Under the pieces are notes generated by a model. That model saw only the letters and a list, made by a program, of their open reading frames with translations. It did not search any database and was not told the origin of the DNA. DNA of 64,000 bases, taken from the IMG/VR virus record IMGVR_UViG_3300046463_000164, one strand, 5' to 3'. The DNA comes from a virus. The translations under genes and the position numbers were made by a program. Of this stretch, positions 15,971 through 25,639 are shown one piece after another. Each line of letters opens with the position of its first letter. Position 1 is the stretch's first letter.

Positions 15971-18166
15971 TTAAAAGTTGAGACCGTAGCCGTAAAGCGC
16001 TGAGGTGCTATCGTCGTTTCTAGTCTTCATCTTCTGATTGACTAGCGTCGTGGAGTTGGTCTTCACGCTGTTGTCGGCAACTACTACCGCCTTGGCGTTG
16101 CCGTCCTTTTTGCTGTTCACGTCATCCTTCAGGTCGTTCACCGTATTCGTCTTATCCGTCAAGACTGAAGACGCGCTAGGTGAATTGTTCGGAACGACAG
16201 TACCACTTCCACCGCCCTTCCCGTAAGCCTGAAGCGATTTGGCGGTATCTCCCATTCCTGGGATATAGCTCAGCAAGTCACCAATCCCACCTACAATCCC
16301 TCTGAATCCGTCAAGAATAGCGTCAAACAGCTTGACCGCGTTTTTCTTGAAGCTGCCTTCAAGATCAGAGTCGAAACCTAGCCAGCCCGCAACCGTATCG
16401 AAGATTCCAAGGATAGAACTAACCACGTTCACAAACCCGGAATAGATACGCTTGACATAATCGGAGTCAGAAACCTTCTCTCCAAACAGCGAAGATGCAT
16501 CATTAAAGCCTTCGATGAACTTCCAAACGCCGCCGATAATCGCAGCAACTCCAGCAATTACAGGTAGGAATTCCGCCGCACCCAGAATCATGCTACCGAT
16601 TCCCGAGAACGCACTAACGATTCCTGAGAATAGCGAACCGATCCCGGAGATAATACCCGAGATAGACGGTAGCATCGATAGAATACCCCCGCCTGGCCCC
16701 TGCGTCGATCCTCCACTAGGTCCGTTAGAGGGTCCGTTGGCAGGCGCAGGAGCGGCCGAACTAGCCGCTGAGACGTGGGCTGCGTTATTCTGGTGAGCAA
16801 GCGCGGCTTTCTTCTCCTTCTTGTCCTTACGTCCATCCAATATACCCTTAACGCCCTTGAAAATCTGAACGCCCGCAGCTAGTACAGGATTGTCTTCGGC
16901 AGCACCTGATTTGATCAGATTCTTAAAATCCTCTCCGTGCTTCACAGACTTGGCCAATTTCTGGTCCTTGTCCTTCAACGCCTTCTTCAAGTTGTGCGCC
17001 CGGATGATGCTTTCTTCCTTGTACTGATCTGTAATCTTCTTCATACGCAACTTATGATCTTGTTGCATATCCCGAATCTTTTGGATACGAGTCTTGTTCT
17101 TCGCTAGTTGATCAGCCTTCTGTTGAGCGATACTGGCCTTGGCGTTTGCCATCTTGGTACGATGATCGTCGCGCAGGTCGTTCTTCAACTTCTTGATCTT
17201 CAAAGCAGCATCATCACGATCTTGTTTAATCTTAGCCCGATCAGCATCATTCTTCAACTTCTGATCAGCCTTCTCTTGATCCAGCTTGGCCTTTCTAGCG
17301 TCGTTCTGTTGCTTGAGTTGGGTCTTCAGATTGTCATAATTCTGCTTTTGCTTAAGCTTCAATGCAGCCAAGTCTTGCTTCTGCTGGACTACCTTAGCGT
17401 TGTGATCATCCTTTTGCTGCTTCAGCTTATCGCGTCTAGCCTGTAGATCAATCTTCCGATCTTCCTCACGCTTCTTCAAATCGTCTTTTTGTTGTTTCAG
17501 AGAGTCTTTCTGCTTCTGTAATTGCTGTCTTCCTTCTTCCATCTTAGCAATATACTTGGCCTTTCGTTCTTCTGAAAGCTGTTTCATCTTCTCATTGTGT
17601 TCAGCAAGCATCTGCTTAGACACCAATTGAGCATCGGATACGATCTGTTTAGCTTTCGCCAGAGATTCTGCCTCTTGAGTCTTTTGGGCTTCCTTCAGCT
17701 TGAGCTTCTCGGCAGTCACTTCCCGCTTAGCAGCTTCCTTGATATTCTTAGCTTGGGTTTGAGCAACACTAAGAAGCATCATAGTTGCATTCTTAGTGTC
17801 TAGCGCAACACCATCAATATCAGCAAGCAACTTGGTTCTACGCAGTTCTGTTACTTTGTCTGTTTTCTCAACAAAGTTACGAAATTCAAGTAGAGCCTTA
17901 GTTGCTTCCCGCTTGAAGGCAGCAGAATCTGACTTCTGAGACTTAGCGACTAGCTTCAAAGTATCCTTAGCAAACGCTGTGATGTCCTTTGAGGTCTCAG
18001 GTGAGTTCTTAGCGCTGAGAGCCTTAGCCAACTCTCTCAGCCCCTTCGCCTCAGCCGTTTCGGTCTTGGGAGTTGCCTGAGGGGTTCCCTTCTTACTTTC
18101 TTTAGGAGTCTCTGATATGCGATTACCTGCTGACTTTGTGGACTTCTTTTCTAATACTTCTGCCAT
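15971..18166 (-). CDS. Tape-measure-like (gp29-like) protein
   Basis: Long K/Q/D coiled coil, then Gly-rich hydrophobic amphipathic region; lies downstream of baseplate hub gene. Confidence 0.6.
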   Translation of the reverse strand: MAEVLEKKSTKSAGNRISETPKESKKGTPQATPKTETAEAKGLRELAKALSAKNSPETSKDITAFAKDTLKLVAKSQKSDSAAFKREATKALLEFRNFVEKTDKVTELRRTKLLADIDGVALDTKNATMMLLSVAQTQAKNIKEAAKREVTAEKLKLKEAQKTQEAESLAKAKQIVSDAQLVSKQMLAEHNEKMKQLSEERKAKYIAKMEEGRQQLQKQKDSLKQQKDDLKKREEDRKIDLQARRDKLKQQKDDHNAKVVQQKQDLAALKLKQKQNYDNLKTQLKQQNDARKAKLDQEKADQKLKNDADRAKIKQDRDDAALKIKKLKNDLRDDHRTKMANAKASIAQQKADQLAKNKTRIQKIRDMQQDHKLRMKKITDQYKEESIIRAHNLKKALKDKDQKLAKSVKHGEDFKNLIKSGAAEDNPVLAAGVQIFKGVKGILDGRKDKKEKKAALAHQNNAAHVSAASSAAPAPANGPSNGPSGGSTQGPGGGILSMLPSISGIISGIGSLFSGIVSAFSGIGSMILGAAEFLPVIAGVAAIIGGVWKFIEGFNDASSLFGEKVSDSDYVKRIYSGFVNVVSSILGIFDTVAGWLGFDSDLEGSFKKNAVKLFDAILDGFRGIVGGIGDLLSYIPGMGDTAKSLQAYGKGGGSGTVVPNNSPSASSVLTDKTNTVNDLKDDVNSKKDGNAKAVVVADNSVKTNSTTLVNQKMKTRNDDSTSALYGYGLNF

Positions 18167-18177
18167 TTATTTTCTCC

Positions 18178-19395
18178 TTACATTGCCGTAACGTCGGCAT
18201 CGAAACTGTCCTTGGTCAGTTCACAAGTCATAGAATAGGTAGTCTTGGTGATCAGATGCTTAATTGATACCATAAGCCACTTACCTGAAGAGTATTTCTC
18301 AATATCCACACCCAAACCTGACCTGGAGGGAATCTCCATCCAAACGACATCGCCGGTCTTCACCGCGCTATCTCCAGGAATGTTGACCAATATCTTCAGG
18401 TTGGCCATCATACTCAGATTAGCTTTTCTCGTGTATCCGTTCAAGTGGGATTGGTCTGCTCTCCAAGGAATATACCCGGTTAATGATCTATTGTCCTTCA
18501 TAGGATCATTCAAGGGATATTTATTCAGCTTGATATCCTTGGCGCTGAAGACGTCATCATAGGTGTTAACCGATTTACTAATGCGCTTGTTATTCAGATC
18601 AACCGAGTAGTTATTTGCACCAAAGGCATTATCTGAATATTGTTGCAATCGGTTATTGCCTGATTCATAATCGAAATCATATACCGTGTTGAACATTCTA
18701 TCAGGATCGCCCTGATCTGCCTGATTACGGCTTCCAATATAAAGAATCTTGTTATAGTCGGCCCGGTACAGTTCCTTCAGACTCTTAAACTGATACCCCA
18801 TCGGAGTCTCCCAAAAGAACATTGGGGACATCGACTGACTATTGGCTCTACCTGCGCAAAACTTCAGAGCCTTGAATATATTACAAGAAGGAGCAACGTA
18901 GGTAACAACCCCTACAGAAGTTTCCTTGGTTAGAGTCTTTTTGGTGCCGGTTGACTTTATGATACGTTCGATGATATCAGAATAGGTTCCATTGTAACCC
19001 GCTGAAGCGTCGTTGTTAGCTGCCCACCAGACTTCAGGAGTGCAGAGCTTCAGGTGACTTACCTGAATGTTGCTGGTATCGTTCTCTAAGCCTCTATCGC
19101 CAATTCCATATACAATGAAGTCCAAAGATATGACTTCTGTGTAGATCGGGGTCTTGTATGTGATGCTGACAGTCTCTCCGCCAACAATCGGAAACGTACC
19201 AACAAGGTTAATCTGGTCAGTTATGATAAGGTCGGCAGATAGAGCAGTCTGGAACAAGTCTTCATAAATGATGAGCTGCCCCAGTAAAGCCGATATATCC
19301 ACAACTGTACCGGCAGGCTTCTTTAGCGTTAGAGTCTGAATCTCAATTTGATTTCCAGAATCATAAAGCGCTCCAGCCGTTTTAGTTGTAGCCAT
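18178..19395 (-). CDS. Baseplate hub (gp27-like) protein
   Basis: LIIYEDLF..LSADLIITD..NL...FPIVGGE, FFWET..GYQFKSL, IPGDS..GD, SGKWL...IKH. Confidence 0.7.
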   Translation of the reverse strand: MATTKTAGALYDSGNQIEIQTLTLKKPAGTVVDISALLGQLIIYEDLFQTALSADLIITDQINLVGTFPIVGGETVSITYKTPIYTEVISLDFIVYGIGDRGLENDTSNIQVSHLKLCTPEVWWAANNDASAGYNGTYSDIIERIIKSTGTKKTLTKETSVGVVTYVAPSCNIFKALKFCAGRANSQSMSPMFFWETPMGYQFKSLKELYRADYNKILYIGSRNQADQGDPDRMFNTVYDFDYESGNNRLQQYSDNAFGANNYSVDLNNKRISKSVNTYDDVFSAKDIKLNKYPLNDPMKDNRSLTGYIPWRADQSHLNGYTRKANLSMMANLKILVNIPGDSAVKTGDVVWMEIPSRSGLGVDIEKYSSGKWLMVSIKHLITKTTYSMTCELTKDSFDADVTAM

Positions 19396-19397
19396 GT

Positions 19398-19946
19398 TTA
19401 TGCCCCTTGCATTGCTGCTTCGAATTGTGTTTGTACTGTACTAATAAAATCAGGATCAACAAGCTTGATATTACGTTTCTGCTCGTTCAATCCGAACTCA
19501 AAATCTTGAATGGTAATGGGTTCAAGACCGCCCAGATCGATAGCCTGACTATCGTCCGTCACCCCTAGAGCAATCCGGGTTGATAGCAGATCAGCCACCA
19601 TTCCATCGCCGTTGACGTAGTGATGAACGTCCGTCACTGGATTGCTATTAGGATACTTCACGGCGATGTAGTCATTCAGTTGCTCATAACTACGCGGCCA
19701 TTGATTATCAAAATCATAGATGTTATTCATCATAAGGATGGTCCACCAATACTCTACCGAACCATACAAACGATATGAAATCATATGAGGGAGTTCGCCA
19801 TCACGGACTGTATAAGGAATTTGGACTGTTGCGTCTTTCCTCCAAGCATCCGTGATATCAGCAAACGCCGTTAGATCGTTCATCAGGATGGTCGATCCAT
19901 CAGGTTGATTCACCCAGACGTTGCCTAAAAATTTGAAGAATGCCAT
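19398..19946 (-). CDS. 53: Baseplate wedge subunit gp53
   Basis: LysM-like YTVRDGELPHMISYRLYGSVEYWWTIL..NNIYD..WP; NEQKRNIKL. Confidence 0.88.
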   Translation of the reverse strand: MAFFKFLGNVWVNQPDGSTILMNDLTAFADITDAWRKDATVQIPYTVRDGELPHMISYRLYGSVEYWWTILMMNNIYDFDNQWPRSYEQLNDYIAVKYPNSNPVTDVHHYVNGDGMVADLLSTRIALGVTDDSQAIDLGGLEPITIQDFEFGLNEQKRNIKLVDPDFISTVQTQFEAAMQGA

Positions 19947-19958
19947 TGTCGTTTATCC

Positions 19959-20933
19959 TTAAAATGTGGAACCCGTATTGTTTGCATCCGTGCCCACAAG
20001 GTCTTTGTGTAGAACAGTAAGTTCATTGAATTGTAGATCCAACGTGTAAGAGTTAGGTGAGCCGCCGGTTGTTTTGATGTATGAACCGTTAGGCGTGTAG
20101 TTGGTTCTAACATTAGTTAGCGCGCAGGTACTGATACGCGGAATGTAACGGTTAGGCGCTCCATCCTGCCAAAACACAATATCGAAGCTAGATGGATACA
20201 ATAGATAAGCATTACCGTTACCCACATCCTTGCGGAACTCAGGAAGCATGTGGAATCTAAACAAGCGAAGCATATTATCTAGTGCGTCGGCTTCACCTTG
20301 GTTTCTCGGAGTTAGAGTCCAGCTGAAGTGGAACGTGCGATTATCAACGTTCTTGAATAGAGTTTCTGCATAGTCATTAGCGACTGTAGCCGTTGCCAAT
20401 GAAGCCAACTCCTTGCCCTTGATCGCACCGCCTGCTAGCTTGGATGCAATCGAACCCACCGTTGAAATAGCCATCTGCTTTACCAATTCTACGCCGCCGC
20501 TCAAGCTCAAATCCTTCATATCGGTGGCTTGGTCAATCGCCATACCTAGCTGACCAAAATCCGTCTTAGACCAGTTGGACTGTAGCGTAAAGTCTAGATT
20601 GTGAGGAATCGGCAATGTGATAGATTGGTTACTACGAACGAATGTGTTGGAGAAAACCTTCGTGTTATTGCCGTTGTCTTTCTGTAGTCCGGTGGACACT
20701 TGAGAGATAACCGGCATCTCACCATAGGGAGATTTGATTGTATTCTTAGCGCTTGCGGTTCCGGTTTGGAACGTGACTTGAGATTTACTGTTCTTGATCG
20801 TATTGATGAAGAACGTCATTGACGCTCCATCCTGACCCGGATTCAATAGGTCTGACGGGAAAATCAAATTTGTTGGGGTGGAATTAGAATCGGTTCCGTT
20901 TAGTTTTGCGACTTTGCTTTGTGCCGTAGCCAT
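19959..20933 (-). CDS. 48: Baseplate tail-tube cap gp48
   Basis: ITLPIP, ETLFKNVDNRTFHFSWTLTPRN..EA, YPSSFDI, CALTNVRTNYTP; start taken at MATAQ (20933). Confidence 0.85.
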   Translation of the reverse strand: MATAQSKVAKLNGTDSNSTPTNLIFPSDLLNPGQDGASMTFFINTIKNSKSQVTFQTGTASAKNTIKSPYGEMPVISQVSTGLQKDNGNNTKVFSNTFVRSNQSITLPIPHNLDFTLQSNWSKTDFGQLGMAIDQATDMKDLSLSGGVELVKQMAISTVGSIASKLAGGAIKGKELASLATATVANDYAETLFKNVDNRTFHFSWTLTPRNQGEADALDNMLRLFRFHMLPEFRKDVGNGNAYLLYPSSFDIVFWQDGAPNRYIPRISTCALTNVRTNYTPNGSYIKTTGGSPNSYTLDLQFNELTVLHKDLVGTDANNTGSTF

Positions 20934-20943
20934 ACTCAATCCT

Positions 20944-20950
20944 TTAAATA
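20944..20950 (+). promoter_or_regulatory. Late promoter TTAAATA for gp4
   Basis: Motif ~40 nt upstream of the gp4 start. Confidence 0.5.
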
Positions 20951-20971
20951 AAAGGTGTATACAATATCTAA

Positions 20972-20978
20972 TATTTAG
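20972..20978 (-). promoter_or_regulatory. Late promoter CTAAATA for the gp48 operon
   Basis: Motif ~40 nt upstream of the gp48 start. Confidence 0.55.
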
Positions 20979-20987
20979 AGGAAACCA

Positions 20988-21470
20988 ATGAACAAGTGGC
21001 TGAAGGGCAAATTCACCTGCCAAAACCCCAAGAAATATAAAGGTGACGCGGGCAACATCACATACCGTTCTTCATGGGAGCGAACGTTCATGGTGTGGTG
21101 CGATACTGAGCCTGATATTCTGGCTTGGGGCTCTGAGGAAATTGCGATTTGGTATTTTGATCCGATTCAAAATAAGAAACGGAAATACATGGTAGACTTC
21201 CAGATAGTAACACGTAAGCCGGATGGTCAATATAAGGTCACGATGATTGAGATCAAACCGTATAAGCAGACGGTCAAGCCTAGAGCAACACGAGCTAAGT
21301 CTGAAAAGACGATTCTCAGCGAACAGACTACTTGGTTGACCAATCAGGCTAAATGGCGAGCCGCCATCGAATTCGCCAATCAGAAAGGGTGGTGCTTTAA
21401 GATTATCACTGAGCGGGAGTTATTCGGCGGAATAGATCGCGGATTTAAGCCGCAGAAACCCTCTAAATGA
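20988..21470 (+). CDS. 4: Head completion nuclease gp4
   Basis: NPKKYKGD..ITYRSSWE..FM.WCD, W.SEE, Y.VDF, IEIKP.KQT, NQAKW.AA, FKIITE. Confidence 0.93.
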   Translation: MNKWLKGKFTCQNPKKYKGDAGNITYRSSWERTFMVWCDTEPDILAWGSEEIAIWYFDPIQNKKRKYMVDFQIVTRKPDGQYKVTMIEIKPYKQTVKPRATRAKSEKTILSEQTTWLTNQAKWRAAIEFANQKGWCFKIITERELFGGIDRGFKPQKPSK

Positions 21471-21484
21471 GCTGCTAGAGCGTT

Positions 21485-21518
21485 AAAAAGCCCCGTCCAT
21501 CTAAGGATCGGGGCTTTT
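21485..21518. terminator. Bidirectional terminator
   Basis: AAAAAGCCCCG...CGGGGCTTTT between convergent genes. Confidence 0.75.
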
Positions 21519-21545
21519 ATTATTAGAGGCTTAGAGGCTCATCTA

Positions 21546-22091
21546 TCACTCAGCGTCTTTACCGTTGACTTGAACTCTCAGAGTTGAGTAGAAGTTAATC
21601 CACCCATTCACTTGCTGTTGGCACTGGTAGAAACGTTTGTAATTACCGGTGATGACTTTGATTGCGTCGCCCGTAGTAACTGGAGGTTGCCCGGCACTAC
21701 CATCAGCTGAGCTGGAGCTTCCGGCAATCGCGTCTTGATCGTAGGAACTGGCGGCACTGTCGTGCAAGCGCACAAACTCAGGATCAAGCCCAGTAGAAGA
21801 ATTTTTGTCTTGTTGAACATAATGATTTACGTCCTGGTTAATGGTTTTGTATTTCGTGATGATACGGTCTCTATACACGATAACTTGGGAAGCAGATTTA
21901 TCCGCTGTGGCTTGGAGGCTATCATTTTGTTTGACAACCTTATCATCCGCCTTGATGACGGCTACTGCCTGAACTTGCTTCTGATGATCAATACCTTTCT
22001 CATATGAGAAGAAGGCGGTGGCCAACAAGGCAGCAATAGCGATAGCCCCGATGACCAAATACTTCCTAATGGAAGCGAGGAATAGTAACAT
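21546..22091 (-). CDS. Inner-membrane spanin (Rz-like)
   Basis: N-terminal TM helix, coiled periplasmic domain, LDPEFVRLHD motif, embedded lipoprotein ORF. Confidence 0.8.
   Translation of the reverse strand: MLLFLASIRKYLVIGAIAIAALLATAFFSYEKGIDHQKQVQAVAVIKADDKVVKQNDSLQATADKSASQVIVYRDRIITKYKTINQDVNHYVQQDKNSSTGLDPEFVRLHDSAASSYDQDAIAGSSSSADGSAGQPPVTTGDAIKVITGNYKRFYQCQQQVNGWINFYSTLRVQVNGKDAE
21608..21820 (-). CDS. Outer-membrane spanin lipoprotein (Rz1-like), embedded
   Basis: Signal peptide with lipobox (LCAC), Pro-rich LPEAPAQLMVVP; lies wholly inside the Rz-like gene in another frame. Confidence 0.75.
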   Translation of the reverse strand: MFNKTKILLLGLILSLCACTTVPPVPTIKTRLPEAPAQLMVVPGNLQLLRATQSKSSPVITNVSTSANSK

Positions 22092-22102
22092 TTGATTCTC
22101 CT

Positions 22103-23110
22103 TTACTTACTGGGATACTTAGAGAAACCACGAACATCAGTCTTCAAACTCCCCAGCTGATTCTTGGTGTCATTAAGAACTCCGACGACTTCATTACGAA
22201 CGTCCTGAGGAACGTGAGCCAAGGATTTGAAGTCTTTCACGACTCCGTTGATTGTCTTAACGCCATCCAATACCTGCATCTTAGCATCACGTACTTGCTG
22301 CCTAACGTCATTAGCTACAGCCAGCGCTCCTTGTAGTTGTCCTCTGAATTCCTTGATAGTTCCAACCGCAGTCTGAACCGCTGAAGAGAAACTATCCAAT
22401 CCAGGAATCGGCAATAGACGGTTCTTACCAGACCCAACCCCAGGAATAGCCGAAACCGGAACGCCTGAACCTGCCGTTGGATCTCCCGTACCGCGAGCAT
22501 CATCACCATAAACGATTCTATGGAAGGCCCAATTGATATCTAGCAGAGTTTGTTGATTCTGAGATGTTCTGTCCAATCTCAACGCTCCCATGGAGGTCGG
22601 ATAGGCTTCAAACAATGTGTACTTATAGACGATGTTGTCTTGATTATCTAGGCATTCTACAATAACGGTAGACACATAGTTATCATAAAACTCAACGGAA
22701 GTATTAGATTCCTGATGGATGATATTGAACCAAGCGTCAAATAGGCTTTTCTCGGCATACTTACCAGTTACCAAGAATGTGGTGCTGACGTCACCATATG
22801 TACGACCGTAAGCAATCTTACGGCTGTAGTTGCCGTATGCAAAGTCTGAGACGTTTTCTGATCTAGATGGGATATCGATCATCAGACAAGTAAGGCTGAT
22901 GTTATTGCCTGTGTCTGTAGTCTGAGCCTTTCCCATAGTGTTCTTGGCATCGCCAATAATTTGCATATAGGATTCGCCGGGACTCAAGCTGGAAGCAGGC
23001 GCAGTCGTCAACGCCGATGGTAGGTTGAAAGTCACCTTGAATCGGTTGTTTTTAGCGATTCCAGTTTTCTTCACCAAATTAATGAAATCGCTTAGGGTAT
23101 TTGTAGCCAT
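22103..23110 (-). CDS. 54: Baseplate tail-tube initiator gp54-like
   Basis: GIAKNNRFKV, IDIPSR, KIAYGRTY.DV..TF, FDAW, FYDNYVS, LFEAYPT; start at MATNT (23110). Confidence 0.8.
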   Translation of the reverse strand: MATNTLSDFINLVKKTGIAKNNRFKVTFNLPSALTTAPASSLSPGESYMQIIGDAKNTMGKAQTTDTGNNISLTCLMIDIPSRSENVSDFAYGNYSRKIAYGRTYGDVSTTFLVTGKYAEKSLFDAWFNIIHQESNTSVEFYDNYVSTVIVECLDNQDNIVYKYTLFEAYPTSMGALRLDRTSQNQQTLLDINWAFHRIVYGDDARGTGDPTAGSGVPVSAIPGVGSGKNRLLPIPGLDSFSSAVQTAVGTIKEFRGQLQGALAVANDVRQQVRDAKMQVLDGVKTINGVVKDFKSLAHVPQDVRNEVVGVLNDTKNQLGSLKTDVRGFSKYPSK

Positions 23111-23121
23111 GGAATCTCCGG

Positions 23122-23128
23122 TTAAATA
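23122..23128 (+). promoter_or_regulatory. Late promoter TTAAATA for gp2
   Basis: Motif upstream of gp2. Confidence 0.5.
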
Positions 23129-23145
23129 ATGATGACCATTTATAT

Positions 23146-23152
23146 TATTTAG
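23146..23152 (-). promoter_or_regulatory. Late promoter CTAAATA for gp54-spanin
   Basis: Motif upstream of gp54. Confidence 0.55.
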
Positions 23153-23161
23153 GAACAAGAC

Positions 23162-23866
23162 ATGGCTAGCAGTATTGACATTGATGATGAAGATTATATT
23201 CGTCCTGAAATTATACAATCATTCACAGACAAATTTGCTGTAGCTTCTCAGAACGGGGCTGTAATGCAAAGACACAGCCGTGAAAGTCTTGACTGGTTCC
23301 GTAAGACCGTAATCAAGAACACCCGCTATAATCGCAAGCGTATCATTAAGGGTAATGGGGATTACAAGATCAGAAAGGGTCGTGAAGGTAGAACGACTCT
23401 GGTTGGCCGACTCTATTATTTTGAGTACGACGCACAGGAAGCAGGTGATCGTGAGCTGGGAGTTTACGACCGATACCCTATGGTATTCGTCTTCAACACA
23501 TCGGTTTCTAAGGAAGGGCATAAGCTGGTACATGCTATCAATATGCACTATCTTGTCCCTAGAGAACGCGCCCTAGTCTATCTGAAACTGATGAAGATTA
23601 GGAACAAGAAGGGATGGACTAACGCGACGAAGCTGAAAGCTAGTTGGGCTATATTGAAGCAAGTTGCCCAACATTCGCTATTGAAACGAGCCGTCCACAC
23701 CTATCGGGTTGACCGGGTGGTGGGAAGCCGTATGGTGGAGATTCACGCCTATGACTGGGAAATTGCAATTTTCCTACAGTTGGCGCAATGGGTCAAACCG
23801 GGCAATCAGGAAACCGATCAGAGATCAGTCAAAGAGACTCACGCACGTAGAGCAAGAGCTACATAA
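23162..23866 (+). CDS. 2: DNA end protector gp2
   Basis: SLDWF, GRLYYFEYDA, YDRYPMVF, INMHYL.PRER, VHTY, DWEIAIFL. Confidence 0.88.
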   Translation: MASSIDIDDEDYIRPEIIQSFTDKFAVASQNGAVMQRHSRESLDWFRKTVIKNTRYNRKRIIKGNGDYKIRKGREGRTTLVGRLYYFEYDAQEAGDRELGVYDRYPMVFVFNTSVSKEGHKLVHAINMHYLVPRERALVYLKLMKIRNKKGWTNATKLKASWAILKQVAQHSLLKRAVHTYRVDRVVGSRMVEIHAYDWEIAIFLQLAQWVKPGNQETDQRSVKETHARRARAT

Positions 23867-23867
23867 G

Positions 23868-23897
23868 AAAAGCCCGACTCATTGAGTCGGGCTTTTT
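23868..23897. terminator. Bidirectional terminator
   Basis: AAAAGCCCGACTCA-T-TGAGTCGGGCTTTTT. Confidence 0.85.
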
Positions 23898-24496
23898 CAT
23901 TTCTTCTTAGTGATCCAATCATGCGCTCGCTCAAAAATCCTTGGAGGGCAATTCCACTTAAGCAGAACATCTTCAGAGTTGATATCGATCACCGGGTGGA
24001 GACCGCCTTCCAATATCAGTGCGTTATATGCTCTGGGTCGAATGATACTCAACAAATCCGGGTTGGTAACAAACAGCCGGAAAATCTCAGCGAACCATTC
24101 CATCGTATTGGGAGCATACGAAGTGATGGGCTTCTCTCCAGATATCTTGCGAATCCGGTCTGAAAAGAAGTCGCCTGACTTGTTGCGGTAGACATCCAAA
24201 CCAGACTTCACTTCATCCACATGGTGACCCAACTCGTGTTGAATCACCCCATACGGAGTCCGGTCTGAGATGAAGCCCGGCCAACTGTAGTTCGGATTGC
24301 CGAAAGCACAGGCAGGAATCGACACATGAATATTGTTGCGCCGATAATATCCGCAGGTTCCGACTGCCTTGATCTTCTTGGATTCAGGATGATCGGCTTC
24401 CCGATAAATGTGAAACGCTGGAACCGCAATGTTGTTCTTCGCGCAAAACATGCGAGCTATCAACAATCCAGTATCGGCCAGATGATTCTTATCCAT
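23897..24496 (-). CDS. Zincin-like metallopeptidase
   Basis: HELGHHVD plus downstream SYA..EWFAE; start at MDKNH (24496). Confidence 0.7.
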   Translation of the reverse strand: MDKNHLADTGLLIARMFCAKNNIAVPAFHIYREADHPESKKIKAVGTCGYYRRNNIHVSIPACAFGNPNYSWPGFISDRTPYGVIQHELGHHVDEVKSGLDVYRNKSGDFFSDRIRKISGEKPITSYAPNTMEWFAEIFRLFVTNPDLLSIIRPRAYNALILEGGLHPVIDINSEDVLLKWNCPPRIFERAHDWITKKK

Positions 24497-24546
24497 AGCA
24501 TTCTCCGTCAGTATGCTAGTTATTATACGCCATATTACATAAAAAG

Positions 24547-24575
24547 AAAAGCCCTCATTTCTGAGGGCTTTTTTC
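24547..24575. terminator. Terminator
   Basis: AAAAGCCCTCA-TTTC-TGAGGGCTTTTTT. Confidence 0.75.
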
Positions 24576-24829
24576 ACATATAGACTAGGAACATCGCCAA
24601 GAGTCCTATCACCACCGAAGCACCAAACTGCTGAAACGCTTCGATTGACTTGCTACCGGCACACAGAAACCGGACGAACATCACGATCCAAACAATAAAG
24701 ATAAGGAGTGACATCAACCAAACCTCTTCACGACATTACCGCTGATCAGATAGCTCTTACCGAAGAATCGAACACATGTCTTGCCGGTGATGATACCAGT
24801 AAGAACAATTGCGTGATACTTAATCCATT

Positions 24830-25024
24830 TCATCTTGAGTTGAATCTCTCCGTTAGGTCAAAGGCGCGGGCAGCGCCGCAGCTATATGAAATCTTATGTT
24901 CCAATCCTTGGTGATGGCACATCGAATGAGTCGGGTCTTTATCATTCGCAAAGGCGCATCCAGCACGAAACGGACATACCGTATGGGGAGGAATATTTCC
25001 ATTCCTCAATTTGCTATTGTTCAA
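24830..25024 (-). CDS. Small Cys/His-rich hypothetical protein
   Basis: ORF in a tightly packed minus-strand array. Confidence 0.5.
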   Translation of the reverse strand: MNNSKLRNGNIPPHTVCPFRAGCAFANDKDPTHSMCHHQGLEHKISYSCGAARAFDLTERFNSR

Positions 25025-25318
25025 TCAGAACCCCGATTTATAGGGTTGACGGCGTTCATAGGGCATCTGCGACGAGATTGCGGAGTAGTGATCCATGATA
25101 TCCTTCGCATCCTTCAGACCCAGAGACTCCTTATACTTCTCTTGATGCCACTCGCGCAGGAACTTAATGAACGAAACCCTGTCCGCAGCATAACCGGCTT
25201 TCGCCGCGACATCGAACGTCTTGATCATGATCGTGCCGATATAATACGGGACTTCAACAATCGACGCGCCATCCGACAACTGAAAGCGATCATACTGGTT
25301 ATCTACCAAAACTGCCAT
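25025..25318 (-). CDS. Hypothetical protein
   Basis: RBS; IKFLRE..GLKDAKD resembles ribosomal L7/L12 C-terminal-like motif. Confidence 0.55.
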   Translation of the reverse strand: MAVLVDNQYDRFQLSDGASIVEVPYYIGTIMIKTFDVAAKAGYAADRVSFIKFLREWHQEKYKESLGLKDAKDIMDHYSAISSQMPYERRQPYKSGF

Positions 25319-25330
25319 TTTCTTCTTCCT

Positions 25331-25639
25331 TTAAGTTGCGAGCCAATAGCCCAAATCGTCCAAAATTCCGCGTTTCTTCAGTTCATCCACAAACTCTTGC
25401 CCGGACAGAACTGCGATCGCCATATGACCCAAGTCTTCAGGCTTCGTGCCGCAAACGACATCCGGCCATTCCTTGTTGATATCCACAATCGCAGCTTCAC
25501 GAGTCGGATAACCAGCAAACGATCCGGCCAAGGAGCCGCTGTCGCCGAAGCCATAGAACAAGTGCATTTCAACTTCAGCACCAGAGGTTTCATCCTTGAA
25601 CCGGTTAGTCATTTTATACCTCTTTGACTCGATACTCAC
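25331..25639 (-). CDS. Hypothetical protein
   Basis: ORF in array; true start may be 25612. Confidence 0.55.
   Translation of the reverse strand: MSIESKRYKMTNRFKDETSGAEVEMHLFYGFGDSGSLAGSFAGYPTREAAIVDINKEWPDVVCGTKPEDLGHMAIAVLSGQEFVDELKKRGILDDLGYWLAT

Noticed and set aside
16950-17750. Low-complexity repetitive DNA
   Set aside because: Explained by the K/Q/D-rich coiled coil of the tape-measure-like protein; no exact nucleotide repeat unit.
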